The notes beneath the pieces were generated by a model. The model did no database searches and was not told the origin of the DNA. It saw only the letters and a program-made list of their open reading frames with translations. A stretch of DNA of 64,000 bases from Octopus sinensis (lineage: Eukaryota): NCBI RefSeq assembly GCF_006345805.1, contig NW_021833588.1:1-64000 (forward strand), written 5' to 3'. The position numbers were made by a program, and so were the translations under genes. This document shows positions 26,231 to 39,123 of the stretch, piece after piece (the first letter of the stretch is position 1; every line of letters begins with the position of its first letter).

Positions 26231-26640
26231 TCAGTCGAACGCCATCGCCATCGAACTGCATATTAAATGGCGGTTTTCACGGAGCACGGCGACTAAGATT
26301 CGCTGAAAATCTAGCTCGTCTCCCTTCGCTCTTTTTTTCAGAGAGTTTCTCTTATTAATATCAGTCAGGAATTGAGTCGCGGCTTTGCTGATGATTTCTG
26401 AAGGCAAAAAGAGAAAACTTAAAAGCGTCAAAATATGCCGGTATTTCGTCCTCTTTAGCCTTAGCACTCGCCGAGCCCGGGTTGCTGACAGTCTTGCCCA
26501 AGCGTAAGCAGATACCAATCCGTACGGATTCGTCGTCCAGTAGTAATCCTGTTCTGGGAATAGGAAGTGCTTTGAGCCAGTCTCCCGTATAATAAGGCCA
26601 GCTGAAATTGGTCCGACTTTGAACAAAGTTTTTGTTCGGT
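26231..26640 (-). pseudogene. Internally deleted CRE-like 3' region
   Basis: GDWLKALPIPRTGLLLDDESVRIGICLRLG and FQRILVAVLREN motifs. Confidence 0.7.
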
Positions 26641-27223
26641 ATTTACGCAGATTTCGTCCCAGTTCATTTGGATTGAAGGTAATCAAGGCAAAAGTTAAGG
26701 AAATTATATTTGTATGTTTTTATTTTTATTTAATTGGTAAAATATGCCCTCCCAGCACCATTCTTGAGGGGATGAAGACAATTTCGAACGACAGTACTGC
26801 CATAAACACAGCTACGAGGCTGACAAATTTTCAAACCAAGCCTCAGGCGAAACTGTAATATTTAAAAGCGCAGTGTACAGCAAAGATCCAATGAATGACA
26901 ATGCCAATGAATTTCCCAGTTAAGGAATTTTGAAAATCAGAAATTGACGTGGAAATATACGGAAATTGTATAGAAATTCAACTACCCTGCGAGCAAATAC
27001 TTAAGTGGTAAATCCTCCTCTTTAAACACTTTGAAGATCTCTTTTGCTAATCTAAATCGCATCTTTAATGCCAGAATGAACTTTAGAGTAAGCCTTTTTA
27101 TAGAATGAGTAATTGGAATTTTTTCGCTATGCGGCATTGACATGAGAACCTATTCCGATCTGGATCTTTCTGCTCTGCTAATAAACTAACAAAAATGAAG
27201 AATTTCCATCGATACAACAAAAA

Positions 27224-27294
27224 TGCATCTGCCGGGAATCGAACCCGGTTCGCTCGCATGGGAAGCGAACATGATACCATTACACCACAGATGC
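27224..27294 (-). tRNA. tRNA-Gly(CCC)
   Basis: Cloverleaf GCATCTG acceptor stem, anticodon loop TTCCCAT, GGTTCGATTCC T-arm, followed by a T-run. Confidence 0.9.
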
Positions 27295-27658
27295 GTCTAT
27301 TTATTTTTTTAGAAACGAATAATAAAATTTTTAATGCGTCACTCCTCCAGACATGAATTCATCTTATTTTAAAAGAATGAATAAAAAGATGGGAGTACAC
27401 AGGTCAAAATATAATTTTAAAATAGAGAATGAGGTATAATTAAATAATAACAGTTTAGGTTCGAATCTTACAAGATTATGGGACGAATCCGTCATTGAAT
27501 CCCCATATGAAGAAAAGGGAAAAATAAAAAATATAATGTCTAACAACAGATTAATGGTTAGTCGTCTTTCCTAACATTTAGATCGAATTACGAAATGAAA
27601 CCAAGATAGTTACTATGAATAGAGTTAAAAAATGTTAAGGTTTTTGAATATTTAGCAA

Positions 27659-29880
27659 CTAGCTCGGCAGCTCGCTTCGCTCACCGCGACCTAGCTCCTG
27701 CGGAGGGCCTGTTTTATCAAACAACTATAAGTTTATGTAGATGTATAAAACTACCTGGTTTAATGAATAAATTTTCTCTTCTGCCTACCCTCGAGCATCC
27801 CACATACAGCTGTCCATGTGAAAAGCACTCACTCTCTAAAAATAACCCAACTACCTTTAATGACTGTCCCTGGGCCTTGTTTATTGTCATTTCAAAACTC
27901 ATCCTCAAAGGAAATTGCAGCCTTTTAAATCTAAATGGTAATTCATCAGTAATTATCGGAATTCGTAAAATATAAACATCCTCACCTCTATACTTACCTG
28001 TTAATATCGTCGCCTCTATTACGTTAGCCATCAAATTTTTGATAACTAACCTCGTTCCGTTGCATAATTTAGGTGGCGCAAGATTTCGTAATAAAACAAC
28101 TGGAACGCCTATCTTTAACTTTAAAAGATGATTCGGCATTCCAGAGGGATTTAAGGAGTTTAAAAATTCAATCCGGTTGAATTTTTAGAAAATAACAAAA
28201 AAAATAAAAAAAACAAATAAAAATAAATAATTTAAAAACAAAAAAATAAAAAAAAACTAAAAAAAAACTTAGCAGCAGCCAAAAAAGCGACACACAAAAA
28301 AGATTTAATTAATTACCCTAAGCTGACCGTTTTTCTTCAGCTTCGTTTTTCCTCCTTCGGTTATCTATTTAAAAAATTATTTTTGAATAATAAAAAATAT
28401 TAGGAAAAAAGAGGCATACAGAAAATTAATTCTATCTTTACGAAAAACTTAACTAAATAGTTAATATTTTTACGCAAATTCTTCTGATTGCGCTGTCAAT
28501 TGGTGGTAAATTGTGTTAATGATTGTGCTAATGTGGTTTCAACTATCAAAGTGTTTTTCAAAATCTGTTAATTGCACACTCTATTCAAGGTCGTGCAATC
28601 TTTAATTGCACATTCTGTCAAAGTCAAATATGATAATAGCTTTAATTTTGATTCATGGTCGATAATGATATATGCATTTAATTTTAAAGAGAAAATCATA
28701 GGATGAATTGAATTTCTTTATCGCGAATAATTGGGAGTTCATCATTGTTAATATTCTCGCTGTCGTTTTCATCAAGGATATTCTTAATACGTGAGATTTT
28801 TGCCTCGGAGGTTTTAATGGACCTCATTATGAATGTCGAGGACATTAACGTTGTTCATTTTAATCAAATGCAGAAAATAATTTTTTGCTTTTTTGGCGGG
28901 AAGGTTTTAAAGACCTCATCATGTAAGTCGAGGACATCGTAGTTGTTCATTTTAACCAAAATGCAGAAAATTTTTTTTTAATTTTTTTTGGGGGGAGGTT
29001 TTAAGGACCTCATCATGTAAGTCGAGGACATCGTAGTTGTTCATTTTAACCAAAATGCAGAAAATTTTTTTTAATTTTTTTTGGGGGGAAGGTTTTAAGG
29101 ACCTCATCATGTAAGTCGAGGACATCGTAGTTGTTCATTTTAACCAAAATGCAGAAAATTTTTTTTTAATTTTTTTTGGGGGGAAGGTTTTAAGGACCTC
29201 ATCATGTAAGTCGAGGACATCGTAGTTGTTCATTTTAACCAAAATGCAGAAAATTTTTTTTTAATTTTTTTTGGGGGGAAGGTTTTAAGGACCTCATCAT
29301 GTAAGTCGAGGACATCGTAGTTGTTCATTTTAACCAAAATGCAGAAAATTTTTTTTTAATTTTTTTTTGGGGGGAAGGTTTTAAGGACCTCATCATGTAA
29401 GTCGAGGACATCGTAGTTGTTCATTTTAACCAAAATGCAGAAAATTTTTTTTTAATTTTTTTTGGGGGGAAGGTTTTAAGGACCTCATCATGTAAGTCGA
29501 GGACATCGTAGTTGTTCATTTTAACCAAAATGCAGAAAATTTTTTTTTAATTTTTTTTGGGGGGAAGGTTTTAAGGACCTCATCATGTAAGTCGAGGACA
29601 TCGTAGTTGTTCATTTTAACCAAAATGCAGAAAATTTTTTTTAATTTTTTTTGGGGGGAAGGTTTTAAGGACCTCATCATGTAAGTCGAGGACATCGTAG
29701 TTGTTCATTTTAACCAAAATGCAGAAAATTTTTTTTTAATTTTTTTTTGGGGGGAAGGTTTTAAGGGCCTCATCATGTAAGTCGAGGACATCGTAGTTGT
29801 TCATTTTAACCAAAATGCAGAAAATTTTTTTTTGGGGGGAATTTATCTCTACTTTGCCAATTTGAAGTTGGTGTGCACAC

Positions 29881-29919
<39 letters not shown>

Positions 29920-29945
29920 CACACCATACCATTTTATTATTAAGA
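27659..29945 (-). mobile_element. Non-autonomous Helitron, copy 2
   Basis: A|TCTTAATAATAAAATGG ... GAGCTAG|T termini; long (GACA)n; PIF1 remnant 27717-28139; 95-bp array 28820-29830 (~11 units). Confidence 0.92.
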
Positions 29946-31272
29946 TTATCTTGAGTCAGTAATTAATGTCAAACTATGTAGGTCACCCTGTCAACCCTGT
30001 AAACTATGTAGGTCACCTTGGTCGCCAGCGTGGTATGGTCGCCAGGGTAGTTCGCGACATAATATATTAATTTTTAAAATTTATTATTTTTGTCACGATT
30101 AACTCTTATTACTTTATTTTAATTATTTTTCTATCTTTTACTTAGAGATATTTTTAATGTTCAAAAAAACCAGGTTTTGAATGAAATAAAACAACCCTTC
30201 TGGTCTTTATGTGCAAATTGTTTATTGAAAACATTTACCAACTAATCCGGGAATAACTAAAACTGAATGACTCGATTTCTGTAAAAACTAATAAAAATTA
30301 ATTCCAATTTATCCCTGTAAATAACAACCATTAAAAAACTAACAAACTAAAAAAAACTATTTTAAAAATTTTTATCTTATCGAATAAAAAACAGTAGTTT
30401 TAATATAAACAAATTTTGGATTTTTTAAAGATCTTTTAAAAAATAAAACCAAGAAGAGGCTCTTATAGTTAAAAAATAAATACTTGAACTCCGCCTGAAT
30501 TCTTTACATTCATTGAATAATTAAATAATAAAAGTTTTCAGAATTCATATTTAGATATAAAAGGATTATTTTTAAGACATGCAATAGTTATATTTTTATT
30601 GTTTATTCTAAACCTAGTAAATAAAAAGCAAATGTACTTATTGTTCTCTTTAATTTAAATAGTTAACAAAAAAGAATTAATCAAAATCATAAACGGAATT
30701 ATTAGTGAGATTAATTAAATTAATGAAATTCAGTCAAATCGATTTTTGACATTAATTTTCTTCTCAAAATTTTTTTCACGCGTGCGAGCCTGTACATAAA
30801 ATTTTGCGTAGGAAATCATTTTTTCGCCTCAAAAAAAACCAAAAACACGTGTAAGAGTCATTGGCTATATGATGAATATATATAAATACAATAATTTAAA
30901 GTGGGAGTCTTTTTTTATACTTAAAGCTGATTTGATTGTTTTTTTAAAGGTGGACACTGCCCTGAGATATAATCACATGCGTCATTTATTTGAAAAATTG
31001 GGAAATGTAATTCATCCCCTTCCATAAATTCATCCACTGCGAAATTTTTGAGTGATTTTGCTAAAAATAAAATCGTTTCTATACGTATGGTACGATTTTT
31101 TTCATTTCAAAATCCTCTTCTCCGAATACATAACATGAGGTCATGCTACAATTTGTAAATCAATGCTTGTTATGAATGATGATTTTTGACATTTTAAATG
31201 ATACTGACCCACATATCCACATTAGACAAAATAAAAATGAAAAAAATGGTTATTAACATCTAGAATCTAGAT

Positions 31273-31989
31273 GTTAATAACCATTTTAGCTCAAGGGCCA
31301 AATCGATAATTAAGATTAGCTTCGCGGGCCGCACAAAAAATATTTTATATTTTTTATATTTTTTATATTTTCCAAGCCTGGTAACTCGCTCGCAATTTGA
31401 AGTGCAGCCACTGTTGATGCGTAATGAGTTTTTGGACTCTCTTTTTTCTTTTTTAATTGCCATTTCCTTTATAAAGAAATAAAAGCTAAAAAATCTATAA
31501 AAGGCGTTGTAACTAAAAAGAAAGTATTATTTGTTTATTCAGTTTTTGAAATCCGGAATAAGAAAGTCAAAGAAGTTCGTAAAAGCTGACGTAGAATTTT
31601 TTGAATTGTCTTGAGGAATTAATCGTAAAAATTAATAATGGACGCATTTTTGAACAATGCCGCCAGTTCTATATCATGTTGTAATTAATGAGTTCTAGTT
31701 AAAACTTTGCAGGCGCCACCTTAATTTCCACGCTGAATGGAGTTGCGAATATTTTCATTAAAAGAAGGAATTCTTTAAAATTCTAAAAATTAAATTTATA
31801 TAAATGTACCCCAAAACGTGCTTCAAATTGATTAATGAAATCACCAATTATGGATATGTTTAACCTAAGAATGAATAATTAAATTTAAACATTATTAAAA
31901 AATTAAAAAAGTTAGTTACTCTAGAGGGGCCGCAAAAAAAATCCTAGGGGCCACATGCGGCCCCGGGGGGCCGCATTTGAGAACCGCTG
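31273..31989 (+). mobile_element. Non-autonomous hAT, sister of 18101-19197
   Basis: Right TIR TTGAGAACCGCTG; degraded left TIR; 8-bp TSD ATCTAGAT; shared internal sequence. Confidence 0.85.
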
Positions 31990-32482
31990 ATCTAGATTCT
32001 AGAATCACAAAAGATGACCTAATTATTTTAATGTTGATTTATTAAACAAATTTTATTATTATTCAAAAAATCGATAATTTCATTAAAAATTTTAATTTAA
32101 TTAAAATTTTTAATAATGCAATCACTATCTACACGGTTGCCCAATTTATTGAGCATTTTCTATTTGATACTATCTGATACTGCTTCTGAAAAATAAAAAA
32201 CGGTTAAAATTGAAAACTGGTAGGAGTAAAAAAAGGAATATTATTTTTATCGAATTCAAATTATAAAAATTTGAACAAGCTAATAGTAATCGTCCGTGGC
32301 TCTCCTCGATAAACTCAGAGCATTGAGAGTATGTTTCCATGATGTCATTACTGGAACAGTGGGATCCATCCGTAGTATAAAGATCAAACAATCAATTAAA
32401 TCAAACACATCGGATAATATAATAATTTAACAAATATTCTAAAGATGACATTCTCCGAATCGATATTGTGAGCTCCGAAATA

Positions 32483-32552
32483 GCATCTGTGGTGTGATGG
32501 TATCATGTTTGCTTCCCATACGATCGAACCGTGTTGATTCCTGGCATATGCA
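32483..32552 (+). pseudogene. tRNA-Gly(CCC) pseudogene
   Basis: Copy of the 27224-27294 tRNA with mismatched stems and a damaged T-loop (GTGTTGATTCC). Confidence 0.75.
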
Positions 32553-32830
32553 ATTTTTTCAGAGTTTGATTATAATTTAACATTATTGAATTAAACACAT
32601 TTGAGTGCATATAAGCATAGAAAACTTATCTAAACCTAACTCAAGTAATTTTGGAGTTATTTTAGCACCAGTCTGTTTAATGACATCGCACAAAAATAAA
32701 AAGGGATTTATAAAATAAGTGATCATAAGGATTACTTGATTTTTTGAAATTTATTATTTTTTTCATATAAATTTTGTTATAAAATTTTTGTCTCATATCA
32801 TTAAATTTTTTAAAATAATTTTTCCGTTCA

Positions 32831-33082
32831 ATGTTAGAGTCTACAAACACACTTTTAAACTACCAAGAATATGCCGTTTATTGCTGTAGCAAATACTATC
32901 AAAAATACGGTGATATTTTAAAAGTTGCTTGCTTGATTAAAGAGAAATTCGAATATAAATTTGGAAATCACTGGAATATATTATTCGGAATGGATTATTC
33001 ATCAGATCTCACCCTAGACGAACACAAAACAGTTTTTCTTGAGTGTGATAATTTCAAAATAATTTTATTTTCAGTAAAATGA
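32831..33082 (+). CDS. Dynein light chain type-1 family protein (divergent LC8/DNAL4-like)
   Basis: QEYAVYCC...IKEKFEYKFGNHWNILFG..Y...T...VFLECDNFKIILF matches the LC8-fold pattern; an upstream exon is possible. Confidence 0.65.
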   Translation: MLESTNTLLNYQEYAVYCCSKYYQKYGDILKVACLIKEKFEYKFGNHWNILFGMDYSSDLTLDEHKTVFLECDNFKIILFSVK

Positions 33083-33951
33083 TTTTTTGGATTTATATTG
33101 TTATCTAATTATTACATTTTTGTGCAACAGCTTTTAATGATAAAATTGCGATACACTTTTAAAATCAATTACATTTTATATTTTCTAAATAGAATGGATA
33201 ATCCCGTGTAAGTTTATATTTTTCAACGATTTCTAAATTTTCATCAAGAAAACTAATTTATAAAATAAAATTAGACTATTTGTAAAAAAATGTTTATCCA
33301 AAGATCTTATAAGAGAATTTTCACTCGTTTTTAATGGGGTCGCTTTAAAAGATTCTCGTAACAGTTTTAGTTAAAGATTATTGAAAAATAATCAATCTTC
33401 AATGCCATTTAAATCGTATAAACAATGAAACTAATAAATCAAACCAAAAGAAAAGCATATTTAAGACATTTATGATTGATAAATTAATTTTTTTAATTGT
33501 AATGGTGCTTATTTTTAACTTCCAAAATTGAAAAAAATTAATATTTTCGACTTTTTATGGAACAAAATAATTTCAAAACTAGGTAAAAATTTTAATGCCG
33601 ATTTTTAAGAAATTAAACATTTATAAATTTTATTGATTCATCACAGTGATGGAGAATCGGTCATACTGCGAGACAGTTCCTCTGGAGACAGTCCCAATGA
33701 GATCCTCTGGAACAGTCATGGCGTCTCTTTTCTCTCCAGAATGCGATTGAAATCATTCTTCCAATTTTTGCAAAAAAACTTTTGATATTACTTGCCTCGA
33801 ACAGAAATAGAACAAATTTAACAATGTTAGGGAGAAAGGTGCAATTTTATTTTTCGAGCAGCGGCCAGAGAACAGGCAATTTTGACAACCGTCTCCGACA
33901 ATGGCAAATGATTTTCAAGTTTGATAACCAATTTATAAATAAAATTAGAAA

Positions 33952-34395
33952 TTAATAGTTATAAAAGTCATTGAATTCTTTTTGATCACGTTCATATTTA
34001 TCCGTAGATTTTTTATGTTTCATTCGTCGATTTTGAAACCATACTTTAACCTGTTTATCCGTTAACGTTGTTTTCTTGGCTAGTTCAGCTAATTTATCTT
34101 TTGATGGGTATTTATTTGTGGAAAATTCCTTTTCCATTTCGAGTAATTGAGAATTTGTATGACATTTGCGTGATGTTAAAGAATTCGCTAAAATTACAAA
34201 AAATTACAAACTGTTGTTTTTTTGATTCATCCAGGGGTATAATTTAGTAGCATCGGAATCAAATAGTTGATTATTAGTCGAAATATTAGAAAAACAATTA
34301 TTATGCTGATTAACATATTGAGGGAAAGGGTATGAATTATCCAAATCTATATTTGTGGTAGTGACAATTTCTTCATCATCCATCAAAATATACAT
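33952..34395 (-). CDS. Hox-class homeobox gene (YPWM hexapeptide and Hox2/Hox3-like homeodomain), 2 or more exons
   Basis: LYPWM, a 24-nt intron (34188-34211), then SRKCHTNSQLLEMEKEFSTNKY...LTDKQVKVWFQNRRMKHKK; start codon uncertain. Confidence 0.9.
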
Positions 34396-35089
34396 TATAA
34401 TACATTATAAACCTCATGTGGAAATTTGTTTTTATTTTTAAACAATCTATCTGGCATCTAGAGAATACAATAATTCGCGAATAATTTATTATAACTGGTA
34501 ATTTTAATTAATCAAAGTGACAATATTTCTTTCTTTTTACAATTGCTTTTTTAATATTTTATTGTTTTTTGATATCTGGATCTCCAAGGAGAATCTATAC
34601 GCTCTCCCTGACCAAATTTGACAAAAATTAAAGTTTTCTCAAAATTATATTGTCCTAGATTTTTCGGATATTTAAATTCAAAACAGTTTTTTGAATGAAA
34701 AAACCAACTAACTGCTTGATTATCTAACTAAGCACTAAGTTCACAGTGTATACAAGCAGCAGCACTTCACACAGCTTCTTCCTTTCCACTTCCTTTTCTC
34801 TGTTGTGTAGACCATCGGGAAAATGCAGTCGGACGTCTCTGCTGACTAAATGTCAGGAAAAAGTGAATCCGAAAGCATAAAACGAGATACTCCCAGAATC
34901 CTCTTTAGATTTTAGCTAATTGTGTTGTCAGATAGAAGATTTTAAATATTTTATTCAATAAACAAATTCACTTGAATATTTAAGTAAAATTGACTTGGAG
35001 TAATTCAAATGAATTAGTATTATTTTTCCGAAATTAATAAATAAAAGTCTTGTAATAATCATAAATTTAATGTCACAAAAAAAACACAG

Positions 35090-35590
35090 AAGATATTGGG
35101 AGTAACCATTGATACTTTCCTCTGTTTTTCACCTCACGTAGAATCGATCGTATCAACCTGTATAAAGAAAATCAATTTTGTAAAAGCCTTCCTTTGGAAC
35201 TGTGGGAGAACTTATCCGCCAGGGGTAGAGACCCTTTACAAGCAGTATATCGAGCCAACAATAGGCTATGCATGTGCTGCTTGAGGCTGTAACCTGGCGG
35301 CAACGAACCGGTTAAAAATCGAAAAAATCCAAGAAAGATCTATCAACCTACTGAAGGACCATACAGATAGGGAAATTGTCCATAGAACACTGGAGTCTTT
35401 CGTAAAGGCAAATGGGGGGATCGTGGAAATGGACCACAAACTATTCACCGTACATACAGAAAGTGTGTGGGGTCACGGTCGGAACATCGTGAAAAAATGG
35501 CTCGACTGTTGAGAAGTGTCGGAATCACCTGAACGTGTTAGTTAATGGTTAAGACGGTGATTTTGTTTGGCTTAAATAATAATAATAACT
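35090..35590 (+). pseudogene. LINE post-RT 3' fragment with (TAA)n tail
   Basis: LGVTIDTFLCFSPHVE...YKQYIEPTIGYACAA; related to 23538-24035. Confidence 0.75.
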
Positions 35591-35920
35591 GATATTTATA
35601 AGTTGCCCCTCAGAATCGCAATGGAACAGCCATTGCTTCGTCCACGGTTCTTGCCGTCCTTTGGAAATCAGTCCCCCGATTCTCCCAACGACTTCCAGAG
35701 ATTTGTTGGTCATGACTGATATTTTATGAAAACTCTGAAGAGACCATTGCGCGTTTATTATTATTATTTAAGCCAAACAAAATCACCGTCTTAACCATTA
35801 ACTAACACGAAATAATAATTAAATTATAATTAATGAATAGTGAAATATGAAATTGTTAAATAATATTTAAATATATTTATAGCGCATTTCAATAAATTCT
35901 TGTTTTCTTGTGATTTTTTC

Positions 35921-37588
35921 ATGTCTGGAAACCGAATTTCAAACTATAAAAATATGGGCAAAACAGGAGATGTATATTTTAATAAAATCTATAAAGATAC
36001 TACGTCGGAGAAGAGCCGAAGCTTCTGTAGAACTTAGAAAAATCAAAAAATTAGAATTATTGGCTAAACGAAGAAACATTCAAGAAACTAAAAGTGATTG
36101 CGACATAGATGAAGTTAACTAATAAATGTAATATTTTGTAGATTCAATTTATCGGAAATTTACCCCAACTTTCCACAAATGTTCCTCGTCTGGAATTAGT
36201 AACAAAAATCCGTCAAAAATTGGTTGACGACGAAACAGCCACAGTATCTGAAATAATCAAATCAGAAACAATTCCATTTCTTATTGAATGTTTGACTTGT
36301 TTCGAATCGTTGTTTTATGATTTTAAACTTAGTGATTATAAAATACAACTTGAAGCGTCTTGGGCACTGACGAATATAACTTCAGGGGATCATGAATCGA
36401 CTAAAGCAGTCGTGGACTGTGGTGTTGTCCCTGTGATTGTTGAACGCATCTCTAAAGTTGAAAATGTGGATGTCCTTGCACAATATGTGTGGATTCTTTC
36501 AAATATAATGGGTTTTTAACATACAATTTATTATTTATTAAGGTGACGGGGACATTGTCAGAGATTATTGCATTCACTGTGGAGTAGCTGAAGCATTGAT
36601 TTTTTTAATTGGGAAATTTGACTCAGTTTTTTTTATTTTTGTCAAATTTAAAGATTTTGTTGTCGGAGATGATTTCCTGGACTATTTCCAACATTTATCG
36701 ATCTTCCATATCGCCTTTGAATGAAAAAACGGCAAAACAACTTTTCCCATATGCCGAGAAATTTTTTTACAACAAAAATCCAGAAATTCGTTCAAATGCT
36801 TCCTGGGCACTAACCTTTGCCTCCAATTCATTTGAAAATAAACTCGGGATGTTTACTCCTGGTATTTAACAATGAATAATACAAAGAATTGATGCAAAGT
36901 TTGTTGTCAGTAATGGAAAGTGGAGTAAATTGTGACAATTTTTACTCTGCTCTAAGAACTATTGGAAATATTGTTATGGGATCAGATTCTGACACTCAAA
37001 TGGTGATCGACGAAGGAGGACTGTCTGTTTTTATGAATTTACTTCCCGAAGTTGACAAATCATTGAAAGCGGAGGTTGTTTGGATCTTATCGAATGTCGC
37101 CGCTGGAAATGTTAGTCAGAAATGGCGACTTCTTCAAAAAAATTGTCATTTATCGATGATTGATTTTCTTTATGATGTTGGTTTATATTTCTGGACAAAT
37201 TTTAGAAAAATGTCAAAATTCAACGAGAAGCTTTGTGGTTTGTTCAAAATTTTTTAAAAGGTGCGTTGGATCTCAGGTTGTCAGATTTTTATCAGTGGAA
37301 ATTGTAACTGCAATTTTTGAATTGTTAAAAAAACCTGAATCTGTGCCAGAGATTGTTTTAATATCTCTTAATTCAATCTTTTCGATTTTTAAAGTTATTG
37401 GAATTTGTATAAATGTTTAGGCAGCAGAGGAAAATGCAGTGGATATTGACGAATTTATAGAATTAATTGAGACGAGTGGGACTTTGGATTTTATCGAGAA
37501 TTTGCAGATGTCTAAGAATAATGAAATATATCGTGCGTCCATCAAATTTCTTACTAGTTTTTTTAATCAAGATAATTCATTGAATTAA
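35921..37588 (+). CDS. KPNA: Importin subunit alpha (karyopherin alpha), multi-exon
   Basis: IBB domain LRRRRAEASVELRK...LLAKRRN; ARM repeats EASWALTNITSG, WILSNI, LRTIGNIV and VVWILSNVAAGN; 25-32 nt introns. Confidence 0.95.
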
Positions 37589-37619
37589 AATAAATATTCA
37601 ATTCTTGTATTGTGTTGTT

Positions 37620-37803
37620 AAATCCGCTACTGTGTTGTACCGCTGGAGCCGCTGGAGAGGACACTCATTTGTTTTCTAACAAGATCAGATTGTCAAATGG
37701 AGGCATGTTTAAGGATCCGAGAGTGAATTACTAGTTCCGGCAGCGTATTGGGACTGTCCATTGTTCGCGGCAACGCACACTGCGTCCTTGCTACTGGCAA
37801 ATA
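37620..37803 (+). pseudogene. CRE-like retrotransposon 3' end
   Basis: FRQRIGLSIVRGNAHCVLA. Confidence 0.65.
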
Positions 37804-37898
37804 ATTTACTCCCTTTCTATTGTAATTGTTTTTTTTAAAAGAGTAAAAATTATTTTATTAATATCTTACTGAAATTCAACAAAATTAAATCGAAAAAC

Positions 37899-37971
37899 CA
37901 CCCGATACGGGGCTCGAACCCGTGACCCTGGGATTAAGAGTCCCATGCTCTACCGACTGAGCTAACCGGGC
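37899..37971 (-). tRNA. tRNA-Lys(CTT)
   Basis: GCCCGGTTAGCTCAGTCGGTAGAGCATGGGA-CTCTTAA-TCCCAGGGTCACGGGTTCGAGCCC cloverleaf. Confidence 0.95.
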
Positions 37972-38036
37972 ACGCTAATAATATAGACCCTAAACTCTAA
38001 TTGTCTTATTCTGATTTATTTATCTTATTAGTTATT

Positions 38037-39123
38037 ATTATTATTATTTGCAACATACGTAGAATCATATTAGTTATAATTTTACTCGTGCAGCATTAAA
38101 AACAATCCTTTGAACCAGCCTCCTCCAACCTCCTCTGTCGTGAGCGAGTTTCCTCAGCTCGTCCAGATCCTCACCACTCCTTAGCCTTTTCTTCACACAT
38201 TTCAGGTCTCCGTCAAGTGTTTCCGGCAGCGTAACACGTGGACGTCCACGGAAGCTCGATCCCTCTTTCAGGAAGTAGCCCTCCATTGCTATGTTAGCTG
38301 GGGCAAGCATGTCCATTCGTAGAATATGGCCAAATAACCTCCACCGCATATTGACGATTTCCACACTCAGAGGGCCAGTTCTGCATCTATTGTATAGCGA
38401 TTCCTGGTTGATTCTTATAGGCCAGTTCAATCCCAGTAGGGATCTAAGTTGCCTGCGGTGAAAAGAATCGAGTCCACGTTGTTGAATAGACCTGTCTAGG
38501 GCCTTTGACACGGTACGCCGTGGTCTACTCCTCAAAATACTGGAACAATTCCTGGACCCTGACTCTGTCAATATGATAAGAGTACTACTATCGAACACAA
38601 AGCTCAAGGTGCGGGTCGGCACGGCGTTTTCCCGTGAATTCACGTGCAACGTCGGTACCCCTCAGGGAGACGCCCTCTCGCCGTTGCTATTCGTGATCTA
38701 TCTGGAGACGGCACTACGAGACCTTCGAAAATTCTATGCTGGCAATATCGTCGAAATTGTATATGCAGATGACGTCGACTTCGTGTCAGACGACAAATCG
38801 GCCTTACTTCGACTCCTTGAAGTGGCACCTGCTGAGCTGAACAGATGGTTCCTTAAAATGAACGTTGGAAAAACCGACATCGTTGAAATCATGAGGATGG
38901 AGAGCAGCTCAAGTGAAGCCTGGCGCAAAACGAACAAACTTGGTTCTCTACTTGGGGACGGCCATGATATTGTCAGAAGAAAGGCTCTCGCTTGGGCCAC
39001 GATGAACAAGATAAAGAAAGAGTGGATCGGCAAACGACGACTCTGTACGTCACTTCGTCTGAGGATGTATGAAGCCTTTGTCAAACCAATCCTGACATAT
39101 AATTCGGCGACCTGGGGAATGTC
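38037..39123 (-). mobile_element. 5'-truncated, 5'-inverted RTE-clade LINE
   Basis: 3' part (LDSFHRRQLR...GGWRRLV and (TAA)n tail) on minus; RT core IDLSRAFDTV...PQGDALSP...YADD...TWGMS on plus; 11-bp TSD TATTAGTTATT. Confidence 0.9.

Noticed and set aside
27330-27560. Small spliced gene between tRNA-Gly and Helitron 2
   Set aside because: GT-AG-like segments are present, but no splice combination I tried gave a clean open frame
28820-29830. Regular 95-bp repeats as a CRISPR-like array
   Set aside because: Units are near-identical end to end with no unique spacers, lie inside Helitrons, and there are no cas genes; the DNA is eukaryotic
29967-30059. Tiny TGTC...GACA MITE with internal 35-bp repeats
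   Set aside because: No TSD and no real inverted repeat beyond 4 bp; probably one end of a truncated element
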